A stretch of 64,000 bases of DNA from positions 93,999 to 157,998 of the forward strand of contig CAVYPM010000008.1 in assembly GCA_963770375.1 (NCBI GenBank), written 5' to 3'. This stretch comes from an uncultured Actinomycetes bacterium (GTDB taxonomy: Bacteria > Actinomycetota > Actinomycetes > Streptosporangiales > Streptosporangiaceae). The position numbers and the translations under genes are program-made. This document shows, piece by piece, positions 31,332 through 42,351 of the stretch; position 1 is the stretch's first letter, and every line of letters begins with the position of its first letter. The notes beneath the pieces were generated by a model. That model made no database searches and was not told the DNA's origin. It worked only from the letters and a program-made list of their open reading frames with translations.

Positions 31332-32669
31332 CTAGTCGTCAGAGTTGTCGGCGGGCTTGCGCCGCCGGGAGGACGTGGCGGGCCGCTTCGCGGCGCTGGC
31401 GCCGGACGCCGTGGTGCGCCGCCGGGGGCGCGGTGCGGGCGGGTCGCCGTCCGCGGGCACGGCGGGCATCTCCTCAGTCCCGGCCGCGGCCGGGGGCACG
31501 GCCGGCATCTCCGCGGTCGCGGGCGGCTCCGGCACCGCCTCCATGGCGGTGGTCTCGGCCAGCGGGTCGGGGGTGACCTCCGGGGCTGCGTAGGGCCCGG
31601 CGTCGAACGGCGGCGCGTCCTGCGTCCGCGGAGCGAACGACGCGGCCTGCGGCGGGCCGTCCAGCGGGGCGAATCCGGCTCCCGTCGCCTTAGGGTCCTC
31701 GCCCACGCCGGGCATGGTGTCGGTCAGGTCCACGTGGCCGGTCGCGGCCGGCGGCTCGGCGGTGATCTCCGGGATGGGGGGCACTTCGGGGATCTCCAGC
31801 GCTGCGCCGCGGCCGGCGATTTCCGCCTCGGCCTCGGCGACCTCGGCGTCGCCGTAGTCGGCCAGGGACTCCTGACCGGGCCCGGGTTCCGTGCTGGGCG
31901 GGGAGAACTTGTCGAAGAACCGCAGCAGCTCCACCGGGATCGGCATGACCAGCGTGCTGTTGCGCTCCGCGGCCACCTCGACCACTGTCTGCAGCAGCCG
32001 GAGCTGCAGCGCGGCCGGGTCGCGGGCCATCACGTTCGCCGCCGCGGCCAGCCGCTTGGAGGCCTGGTACTCACCGTCCGCGGTGATGATCCGGGCGCGG
32101 CGCTCCCGCTCGGCCTCGGCCTGCCGGGACATCGACCGCTTCATCCCCTCGGGCAGGCTGACGTCCTTGATCTCCACCCGCTCGACCCGGATTCCCCACG
32201 GCCCCTCGGTCGGCTCGTCGATGACCCGGCGGAGCTCCTTGTTCACCGTGGCCCGCTCGGCCAGCAGCTGGTCCATCTCGGACTGGCCGATGATCGACCG
32301 GAGTGAGGTCTGCGCCTGCTGCGACACCGCGAACATGTAGTTCTGCACGTTCACCGTGGCCTTGATCGGGTCGACGACCCGGAAGTAGACCACCGCGTCG
32401 ACGCGGACGCTGACGTTGTCCCTGGTGATGCCCTCCTGGGCGGGCACCGCCATGGCGATGATCTGCATGTTGACCTTCTGCATCCGGTCGCCGAACGGCC
32501 GGATGGCGTGCAGCCCCGGCCCCCGGGTGCCCGGCAGTACCTTTCCGAACCGGAACACGATCCCCTGTTCGTACTGCTGGACGACCCGCAGCGACCGGCC
32601 GGTGGCGACCAGGCCCGCAAGAACCAGGATCACGAGGATCACCACGAGAGCTGTGACCAACGTCAACAC
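31332..32669 (-). CDS. SPFH/band-7 (stomatin-like) membrane protein with long Pro/Ala-rich C-terminal tail
   Basis: N-terminal TM helix, SPFH core (QQYEQGIVFRFGKV...VDAVVYFRVVDP...), coiled coil, and a ~180-aa low-complexity tail. Confidence 0.8.
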   Translation of the reverse strand: MLTLVTALVVILVILVLAGLVATGRSLRVVQQYEQGIVFRFGKVLPGTRGPGLHAIRPFGDRMQKVNMQIIAMAVPAQEGITRDNVSVRVDAVVYFRVVDPIKATVNVQNYMFAVSQQAQTSLRSIIGQSEMDQLLAERATVNKELRRVIDEPTEGPWGIRVERVEIKDVSLPEGMKRSMSRQAEAERERRARIITADGEYQASKRLAAAANVMARDPAALQLRLLQTVVEVAAERNSTLVMPIPVELLRFFDKFSPPSTEPGPGQESLADYGDAEVAEAEAEIAGRGAALEIPEVPPIPEITAEPPAATGHVDLTDTMPGVGEDPKATGAGFAPLDGPPQAASFAPRTQDAPPFDAGPYAAPEVTPDPLAETTAMEAVPEPPATAEMPAVPPAAAGTEEMPAVPADGDPPAPRPRRRTTASGASAAKRPATSSRRRKPADNSDD

Positions 32670-32844
32670 CTCTTTCCGGCTTCATGCCCGATTTCGGCTA
32701 TCAGCCTAGTGACTTTCCGGGGCTCGGCGGCTACCCGGGCGGACGGGGCGCCGGAAATGGCTGCCCCGGCGGGAATTGCCCCGGGCGGCCCGCGGGCAAA
32801 CGCCGCCGGCCGCAGCGGTCCCGGGGCCCGGATAGCCTCGAAAG

Positions 32845-33855
32845 GTGAGGGTGCGGGACACCGACTGGGAGGGCGTGCGGCTGCACGTCGTCACCGGCAA
32901 GGGCGGTACGGGCAAGACCACGGTGGCCGCGGCGCTCGCCCTGGCGCTGGCCTCCGGCGGGCGGCGGGTGCTGCTGATCGAGGTCGAGGGACGCCAGGGC
33001 ATCGCCCAGGTCTTCGACCGCCCGCCGCTGCCCTACGGCGAGCGCAAGGTGGCGGTCGCGCCGGGCACCGCGACCCGGCCGGGCGGCGGCGAGGTGTACG
33101 CACTGGCCGCCGACCCGGAGGCGGCGCTTCTCGAGTACCTGGAGATGTTCTACAACCTGCGGTACGCGGGCACCGCGCTGACCAGGCTGGGCGTGGTGGA
33201 CTTCGCCACCACGATCGCGCCCGGGGTGCGTGACGTACTGCTGACCGGCAAGGCCGCCGAGGCCACCCGGCGCAAGGACGCCGGCGGCTTCCGCTACGAC
33301 GCGGTGGTCATGGACGCGCCGCCGACCGGGCAGATCGGCCGCTTCCTGAACGTCACCGCCGAGATGTCAGGGCTGGCCCGGGTGGGGCCGATCCGCTCGC
33401 ACGCGGACACCGTCCGGAAGGTGATCAGCTCGCCCGCCACCGCCGTGCATTTCGTCACGCTGCTGGAGGAGATGCCGGTGCAGGAGACCCTGGACGGGGT
33501 GGCCGAGCTGACCGGGCTTGGCCTGCAGCCCGGCGGCATCATCATCAACATGGTGCAGCCGCCGCTCGGCCTGCCCGCGGACCAGCTGCGCGCCACCGCG
33601 AACGGCGCGGTGGACACCGCCGAGCTCGCCGCCAGCCTGAAGGCCGCCGGGATCGACGACGACGGCCGGCTGGCCGCGGACCTTGCCACCGAGCTGATCG
33701 CGCAGGCCCAGACGATCACCGCGGCGAAGTCGCAGCGGCGGCGGCTGGCCGGGGCCGGGCAGCCCCGGTATGACCTTCCGCTGGTCCCCTACGGCATGGA
33801 CCTGGCCGGGCTCTACCGGCTGGCCGCCGCGCTGCGCGAGCAGGGAGCGGCCTGA
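32845..33855 (+). CDS. ArsA/GET3-like anion-transporter ATPase homologue (Rv3679-like)
   Basis: P-loop VVTGKGGTGKTTVAAALA; tandem with the next gene as in Rv3679/Rv3680. Confidence 0.75.
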   Translation: MRVRDTDWEGVRLHVVTGKGGTGKTTVAAALALALASGGRRVLLIEVEGRQGIAQVFDRPPLPYGERKVAVAPGTATRPGGGEVYALAADPEAALLEYLEMFYNLRYAGTALTRLGVVDFATTIAPGVRDVLLTGKAAEATRRKDAGGFRYDAVVMDAPPTGQIGRFLNVTAEMSGLARVGPIRSHADTVRKVISSPATAVHFVTLLEEMPVQETLDGVAELTGLGLQPGGIIINMVQPPLGLPADQLRATANGAVDTAELAASLKAAGIDDDGRLAADLATELIAQAQTITAAKSQRRRLAGAGQPRYDLPLVPYGMDLAGLYRLAAALREQGAA

Positions 33856-35015
33856 TGACCGCCGTCCCCCCGCCGCTGGACGTGGACGGCCTGCTCCGCG
33901 ACCGGCGGACGCGGATCATCGTGTGCTGCGGGTCCGGCGGGGTGGGCAAGACCACCACCGCCGCGGCGCTCGGCCTGCGGGCCGCCGCGCAGCACGGCCG
34001 GAACGTGGTCGTGCTGACCGTGGACCCGGCCCGGCGGCTGGCCCAGTCGATGGGCCTGACCTCACTGGACAACATCCCCCGGCCGGTTCCGCACGTGAGC
34101 GGTCCTGGCGGCGGCAGCCTGCACGCGATGATGCTCGACATGAAGCGGACGTTCGACGAGATCGTCGAGCAGCACGCCGATCCGGACCGGGCCGCGCAGA
34201 TCCTGGCGAACCCCTTCTACCAGTCGCTGTCCTCGGGCTTCTCCGGCACGCAGGAGTACATGGCGATGGAGAAGCTCGGCCAGCTGCGCCAGTCCGACGC
34301 GTGGGACCTGATCGTCGTGGACACCCCGCCGAGCCGGTCCGCGCTGGATTTCCTGGACGCGCCGCAGCGGCTGAGCCGGTTCCTCGACGGGAAGCTGCTC
34401 CGGCTGCTGACCGCGCCGGCCAAGGTCGGCGGCCGGGCCTACCTCCGGGTGCTCAACGCCGGGTTCGGCATGGTGACCGGGGCGCTGACCAAGATCCTCG
34501 GCGCCCAGGTGCTGCGCGACGTGCAGACCTTTGTCTCCGCGCTGGACACCATGTTCGGCGGGTTCCGGGAGCGGGCCGATTACACCTACCAGCTGCTGCG
34601 CGCGCCGGGCACGTCGTTTCTGGTGATCGCGGCGCCCGAGCCGGATGCGCTGCGGGAGGCGTCGTACTTCGTGGAGCGGCTGGCCGCCGAGGGGATGCCG
34701 CTGGCCGGGCTGGTGCTGAACCGGGTCCACGAGCTGCCCGCGGCCCGGCTGTCCGCCGCGCGCAGCCTGGCCGCCGCGGAGACCCTGCAGGCCGCCGACG
34801 GGGCGCAGGACGGCGCGGGCGGGCACGCGCTGGCCGTGGCCGCGCTGCGGCTGCACGCCGGGCGGATGGAGCTGGCCGCCTCGGAGCGGCGGCTGGCCGA
34901 GCACTTCACCGCGGCCCATCCGCACATCCCGGTCGTGCAGATCCCGGCGCAGCCGGAAGACGTGCACGACCTGGATGGGCTGGCGGCGATCGGCGAGAAT
35001 TTCCTGCGGGTCTGA
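33855..35015 (+). CDS. ArsA/GET3-like anion-transporter ATPase homologue (Rv3680-like)
   Basis: P-loop CCGSGGVGKTTTAAALG; its start overlaps the stop of the preceding paralogue. Confidence 0.75.
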   Translation: MTAVPPPLDVDGLLRDRRTRIIVCCGSGGVGKTTTAAALGLRAAAQHGRNVVVLTVDPARRLAQSMGLTSLDNIPRPVPHVSGPGGGSLHAMMLDMKRTFDEIVEQHADPDRAAQILANPFYQSLSSGFSGTQEYMAMEKLGQLRQSDAWDLIVVDTPPSRSALDFLDAPQRLSRFLDGKLLRLLTAPAKVGGRAYLRVLNAGFGMVTGALTKILGAQVLRDVQTFVSALDTMFGGFRERADYTYQLLRAPGTSFLVIAAPEPDALREASYFVERLAAEGMPLAGLVLNRVHELPAARLSAARSLAAAETLQAADGAQDGAGGHALAVAALRLHAGRMELAASERRLAEHFTAAHPHIPVVQIPAQPEDVHDLDGLAAIGENFLRV

Positions 35016-35087
35016 CCGGCCCGGCCGGGGTGGTGCGGGAGAGGCTGCGGCTCAGCTCGCGGGGGGCTGCGGCTCAGCGGCTCAGCG

Positions 35088-35432
35088 TCAGCTGGCGACC
35101 AGTTCGTCGCCGCTGCGCTCGTACTTGTTACGGGCGGTCTCCAGCAGTTCGCGCCAGGAGTCAACGTCCGGGCGGCGCCGGAGCAGCGCCCTGCGCTCCC
35201 GCTCAGTCATCCCGCCCCACACACCGAACTCAATGCGGTTGTCCAGCGCGTCCGCGAGGCACTCAGTGCGGACGGGGCAGCCGCGGCAGATCAGCTTGGC
35301 CCGGTTCTGCGCCGCCCCCTGGACGAAAAGCTCGTCAGGGTCCGTGCCTTTGCACGCGGCGCGGGCGGTCCAGTCCGTGATCCACATGTAGCCCAACTCC
35401 TCCTGATCGTCACGCCCGCAAGGGGTCGTCAC
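35088..35432 (-). CDS. whiB4: WhiB-family Fe-S transcription regulator (WhiB4 orthologue by sequence and synteny)
   Basis: C-x22-C-x2-C-x5-C cluster ligands and the GVWGG turn; ...TDPDELFVQGAAQNRAKLICRGCPVRTECLADALDNRIEFGVWGGMTERERRALL closely matches Rv3681c. Confidence 0.8.
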   Translation of the reverse strand: MTTPCGRDDQEELGYMWITDWTARAACKGTDPDELFVQGAAQNRAKLICRGCPVRTECLADALDNRIEFGVWGGMTERERRALLRRRPDVDSWRELLETARNKYERSGDELVAS

Positions 35433-35644
35433 GCCGGATGGCGTTCACTAGCGGGGAGAGCCGGCCTTGGGGGGGCGCCAGGCTCCGCTTGAAGGTTGCG
35501 AAAAGGTAACTTACGGAAGTCCAGGCCAGAGCGCTAGTCCCTGTCGGGCTCATTTTCAGAGATAGTCCGCATGGACTATATGCAGCGCAAGTACTAGTTA
35601 CCCGCGCCTGTGAGCGGCCCCGCCAAGCCCGGCATCCGGCCGGT

Positions 35645-38116
<2,472 letters not shown>

Positions 38117-38134
38117 TCCCCGGGCCTGAACAGT

Positions 38135-38590
38135 TCAGCCAGACAGGGCCTTCCGCACCGCGGCAGCGACCCGGCCGCCCTCCGCACGGCCGGCCACCCG
38201 CGGGGTGACGGTCTTCATGACCTGGCCCATGGCCGCCATCCCGGCCGCGCCGGTCTCCGCGACCGCCTCGCTGACCAGCGCGGCCAGCTCGTCGTCGGTC
38301 AGCGGGACCGGCAGGTAGGCGGCCAGCACCTCGCCCTCGGCCCGCTCCGCCGCGGCCTGCTCGGACCGCCCGGCGGACTCGAACGCCTCGGCAGCCTCCC
38401 GGCGCCGCTTGGCTTCCCGGATGAGCACCCGCAGCACCTCGTCGTCGCTCAGCTCACGCGGCGCCTTGCCGGCGACCTCCTCGTTGGCCAGCGACGTCAG
38501 CGCCATCCGCAGGGTCCTGGTCCGGACCTCGTCCCTGGCTTTCATCGCGGCGGTCAGGTCGCCCCGCAGCTGTGCTTTCAGTGCCGTCAT
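38135..38590 (-). CDS. yqeY: GatB/YqeY domain protein
   Basis: MTALKAQLRGDLTAAMKARDEVRTRTLRMAL... is a typical YqeY N-terminus; start set at the internal ATG. Confidence 0.75.
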   Translation of the reverse strand: MTALKAQLRGDLTAAMKARDEVRTRTLRMALTSLANEEVAGKAPRELSDDEVLRVLIREAKRRREAAEAFESAGRSEQAAAERAEGEVLAAYLPVPLTDDELAALVSEAVAETGAAGMAAMGQVMKTVTPRVAGRAEGGRVAAAVRKALSG

Positions 38591-38676
38591 GGGGCCCATC
38601 CTGCCGCACGCTGGGCGAGAGCCCGGCCCGCTGCGCTCCGGCCTGGTCACCTCGCCGGCCATGGCAGCATGTGGGG

Positions 38677-39618
38677 ATGCGATTCAGAGGCCTGATCGGG
38701 ACCGCCGCTGCCGGGGCAGCCGTGGTGGGGTACGCCGCCGTCGTCGAGCGCAACTGGTTCGTGCTGCGCCGCTACGACGTCCCCGTGCTTCCCCCCGGCT
38801 CGCCCACCCTGCGGCTGCTGCATCTCTCCGATGCGCACCTGACTCCCGGGCGGCACCGGCTGATGTCCTGGATCCGCTCCCTCGACGCTCTCGACCCGGA
38901 CCTGGTCGTCAACACGGGTGACTCGATCGCACACCAGCGAGCCGTACAGCCGTTTCTGGATTCACTAGGGCCGCTGCTCGACCGGCCTGGCGTGTTCGTG
39001 TACGGGTCCAACGACATGTACTCGCCGATCCCGAAGAACCCGGCCCGGTATCTGTGGCGGACCAGCGCCAAGGACAACCGGCCGGAGAAGGCGGACCTGC
39101 CGTGGCGTGAGCTCGGCGCGGCGATGTCCGCGGCCGGGTGGCTCGACCTGAACAACCGGCGGGCACGGCTGAAGGCCGGGCATCTCGAGGCAGAGGTGGC
39201 CGGCGTGAACGATTCGCACCTCGGCAAGGACCGGTACGACGAGGTCGCCGGGCCCGCGGACCCGGCCGCCGGGCTGCGGCTCGGCATCATGCACACCCCC
39301 GAGCCGCGGGTGCTCGACCAGTTCGCGGCGGATGGCTTCGACCTGCTGCTGGCCGGCCACACTCACGGCGGCCAGCTGTGCGTGCCCGGTTACGGGGCCC
39401 TGGTCACGAATTGCGGCATTGATCGCGAGCGGGTCAGCGGCCTGCACCGGCACCCGGCCATCACCAGTCCCCAGGCCCGTGAGCTGCAGGAGTCCGGCGG
39501 CCGCGAACCCGCCTGGCTGCACGTCTCCGCCGGTCTCGGCACTTCGCCGTGGGCCCCGGTCCGCCTCTGCTGCCGGCCCGAGGCAACGCTGCTCACACTG
39601 GTCCCCCGGATCCGCTAG
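38677..39618 (+). CDS. Calcineurin-like metallophosphoesterase (Rv3683-like)
   Basis: LHLSDAHL...NTGDS...GHTHGGQ metal-binding motifs; N-terminal TM helix. Start at the internal ATG (MRFRGL...). Confidence 0.75.
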   Translation: MRFRGLIGTAAAGAAVVGYAAVVERNWFVLRRYDVPVLPPGSPTLRLLHLSDAHLTPGRHRLMSWIRSLDALDPDLVVNTGDSIAHQRAVQPFLDSLGPLLDRPGVFVYGSNDMYSPIPKNPARYLWRTSAKDNRPEKADLPWRELGAAMSAAGWLDLNNRRARLKAGHLEAEVAGVNDSHLGKDRYDEVAGPADPAAGLRLGIMHTPEPRVLDQFAADGFDLLLAGHTHGGQLCVPGYGALVTNCGIDRERVSGLHRHPAITSPQARELQESGGREPAWLHVSAGLGTSPWAPVRLCCRPEATLLTLVPRIR

Positions 39619-39635
39619 ACTTCAGCAGCGGTTAT

Positions 39636-39712
39636 CGGGGTGTGGCGCAGCTTGGCAGCGCGCTTCGTTCGGGACGAAGAGGCCGCCGGTTCAAATCCGG
39701 CCACCCCGACCA
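39636..39712 (+). tRNA. tRNA-Pro (anticodon CGG), CCA encoded
   Basis: Acceptor CGGGGTG/CACCCCG, D-arm GGCGCAGCTTGGCAGCGCGC, anticodon stem-loop CTTCG-TTCGGGA-CGAAG, T-arm GCCGGTTCAAATCCGGC, then ACCA. Confidence 0.85.
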
Positions 39713-39904
39713 GCTCACAGGCCACTCGCACAGGTTGCGGGTGGCCTTCTTCATGCGGTGAGTACCTAAGTGCGTAACTACGCATCGCCGGGCCCCTGCG
39801 GGAAGATCCGGTCCATGACATCGGCGCTTACGGATAAGGCAAAGTGTCTGCCGACCTGCGGTGATGCTGGTCAGAGCGCTTCCTGCTCTCATTCCCAGGC
39901 TGAT

Positions 39905-39936
39905 AATACGGGTTCGATTCCCGTCACCCGCTCCCA
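39905..39936 (+). other. tRNA-Gly-like 3' fragment (T-arm plus acceptor 3' strand) with no recognisable 5' half; possible attachment-site relic
   Basis: acgggttcgattcccgtcacccgctccca closely resembles the 3' end of actinobacterial tRNA-Gly (GCGGGTTCGATTCCCGTCGCCCGCTCCA). The complementary heptamer GCGGGTG sits 190 nt upstream (39737-39743), but no D or anticodon arm lies between. Confidence 0.4.
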
Positions 39937-40238
39937 GCACTCTCTGCCTTCCGCAGGTAGAGATCGCGAAGCAGGCATATCTCGGCACCGTGATGGATGA
40001 CCTCCAGGTTGGTGTACAGGATGAGCTTCGCCATCGGCGCATTCGCGAACTGCGGTGGTGAGAGGGCGCCTTGCGGGCGGGTGAGCCCTGCCGCGCCCAG
40101 GCTGCGCACATCGCTGACCCAGGCATCGTGCCCGTCATCGAGCTGCCGCAGGGCCCTCTCAGCGGTGCCTGAGTAGCGGACGGCCGGGGGATCGCCGGGC
40201 GGGACATCGAAATGGGATGCATCTGGCGGCCCGAACAC
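39924..40238 (-). pseudogene. C-terminal fragment of a DinB_2/DUF664-family protein (probable gene remnant)
   Basis: ...LILYTNLEVIHHGAEICLLRDLYL is the conserved C-terminal His/Glu motif of DinB/DUF664 proteins. Only ~100 codons are open and the N-terminal half is missing. Confidence 0.35.
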
Positions 40239-40703
40239 GTCGATGAGGTGCGCGAGCCTCCAGGCGATCGTGGTGACGGGCTCAGGCTCAACCGGGCCGC
40301 CAGGTCAGCGCGCCTGGCAGCCGTGGCCGCTCCACTCCCCAAGCTGATGGTCGAGCGCTATGGTCCGGAGCCTTGGGCGAGTACCCAAGCGGGTAACGAT
40401 CGGTGCCGCCAGCCATGGACGGCGATGGACCCGGCAGACGCCGCTGCGCAGGTCAGGATGCCGGGCCGTTGATCGTTTGACCGTCATTTGACCCGGCCGG
40501 CACGTTCCGGCTGGTGACGTTTTCTCCTCCTGACGGGGTGATGACGCCCAGAACGGCCCTGGTTAACGTGCGAAGCAAGCCTCCAGCCAGTCCCGGTAGG
40601 AGCATGATGATCCTTGGCGGCCGACGGAGTCGACAAGCCACCAGATCAAGTGATGCACACAGTTCCGTTCATACGCCTGCGTGCCTGTCCCTGACAGGCA
40701 CAG

Positions 40704-41126
40704 ATGCGTCAAGGAGACGCTATGCCGCTCGCATCGACGGGTTACTCTTACCCGCTGCTATCCGTGTTCTGGACGATCCTTGAGATCTTCCTGTGGGTGA
40801 TCTGGATCTGGATCCTCATCTGGATCCTCATCGACATCTTCCGCAGCCATGACCTGTCCGGCTGGGCAAAGGCGCTGTGGTTCTTGTTCGTGTTGTTCAT
40901 CCCGCTGGTCGGCGTCCTGGTCTACCTGATCGCTCGCGGCGGCAAGATGCAGGAGCGGGCGGTGCAGCAAGCGCAGCGCCAGGATGAGCAATTCCGTACC
41001 GCTGTCCAGGATGCCGCCGGACCGCAGAGTTCAGCAGATCAGCTGGCCAAGCTCGCCGACCTGCGTGACCGGGGCGTCATCACGGCGGAAGAGTTCGACC
41101 GTGAGAAGGCAAAGATCCTGGCCTGA
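40704..41126 (+). CDS. Small membrane protein with PLDc_N-like N-terminal TM domain and C-terminal SHOCT domain
   Basis: Two Trp/Ile-rich TM helices (WTILEIFLWVIWIWILIWILIDIF...), then ADQLAKLADLRDRGVITAEEFDREKAKIL (SHOCT). Locally lower GC. Confidence 0.65.
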   Translation: MRQGDAMPLASTGYSYPLLSVFWTILEIFLWVIWIWILIWILIDIFRSHDLSGWAKALWFLFVLFIPLVGVLVYLIARGGKMQERAVQQAQRQDEQFRTAVQDAAGPQSSADQLAKLADLRDRGVITAEEFDREKAKILA

Positions 41127-41353
41127 GCGGCACTGCCGGCGTTCCGCCGCTACGCGGCCTTGGCCGTGACGCGGCGAGGCAGGGCTCATCTGCCCCCTGC
41201 GGCCAGGCGCGGATTGGTGTGCTCCTCATGCCTGCCGGGCCGCAGAGATACCGGATGAGCCCTGCCATTCGCGTTCCGCGGAGCACTTTCCCGCAGCCGG
41301 GCACCTGGCGGCTGGCGTAGGACGGTTCTCCGGTCGTGCGTCCGGCACCGGTC

Positions 41354-42254
41354 TTAGGCTGATTGGACGCAGCGGAAGCCGACGTGGCTGGTGGTGTCGC
41401 GGGGGCCGTGTCCCTGGCGGGCGGCGGGACGGTACCGGTGGCAGTAGGAGGGTGCGCACAGATGTGAGCCGCCCTTGATGACGAACCGGTCATGCTCGCC
41501 CACGGTGGCACGCGGTGCGCAGCAGGCGGCTTCGGCAACAGGCTGATCGTCTGGCCGGGAGCCGCGTTCCGCGGCTGGGTGGCGGGCCCAGCGGGTGGCT
41601 GTCCATTCCCAGACGTTGCCGGTCATGTCGTACAGGCCGTAGCCGTTGGCCCGGAACTTCTTGACCGGGGAGGTCCGGGTGAAGCCGTGCGGGGCCAGGT
41701 TCTGGTAGGGAAACCGGCCGTGCCAGGTGTTGGCCATGATCCGCCCCCTGGGCATGAACTCCTCGCCCCAGGCGTAGGTGGCGCCGTCGAGGCCGCCGCG
41801 GGCGGCGTGTTCCCATTCGGGCTCGGCGGGCAGGCGCTTGCCCGCCCAGGCGGCGTAGGCCAGGGCGTCTTCCAGCCCGACGTGCACCACCGGGTGCAGG
41901 TCCCGGCCGTGCAGGGTGGAGCCGGGGCCCTCGGGGTGGCGCCAGCTGGCGCCGGGCACCCAGCACCACCACCTGGGTCCAGTCATCCAGCGGCACCGGC
42001 CCGGGCGTGGGGGTGAAGACCTGCGATCCGGGCACCAGCAGCGCCGGGTCGGCGCCGGGGAAATCGCGGGGGTCGGGGGCGGACTCGGCGATGGTCACGT
42101 GCCCGGTGGCCGTGACGAACCGGCGGAACGCGGCGTTGGTGACCGGATGGTCATCGACCCACAGGCTCTCCACCTCCGCGGTGATCACCGGGCCTTCTTC
42201 CGGGTAGAAGGCGGTGCTGCCCATCCGGAATGATCCCCCAGGAACCATGGTCAT
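41354..42254 (-). CDS. Formylglycine-generating enzyme (FGE/SUMF1 family) carrying a +1 frameshift near 41965-41980
   Basis: N-terminal part (VPGGSFRMGS...EGPVITAEVESLWVDDHPVTNAAFRRFVTATGH) is in the frame of ORF 41490-42329. The C-terminal part (WWCWVPGASWRHPEG...GNVWEWT...GGSHLCAPSYCHRYRPAAR) is in the frame of ORF 41354-41986. One extra g in the ggtggtggtg run. Confidence 0.7.
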
Positions 42255-42351
42255 GCCCTTGCGCGGCACGCCCTCGCGGTGGGGACTCTGGCCCGGGGTG
42301 CGGAGCGGGCGGGGGCGGCTAACGTTCATTGGCGGTGGCGATGTCAGCTCG

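Noticed and set aside
39737-39936. Possible tRNA-Sec or truncated tmRNA: 5' GCGGGTG pairs with 3' CACCCGC enclosing ~190 nt with a canonical T-arm; GGAAGATC at 39801 resembles the E. coli selC 5' end
   Set aside because: No D-arm, no anticodon stem-loop with U33 and UCA, no tag-peptide reading frame or resume codon context. The length fits neither tRNA-Sec (~95 nt) nor tmRNA (~360 nt). The selC-like octamer is not complementary to the 3' acceptor strand. Better explained as a tRNA-Gly 3' remnant.
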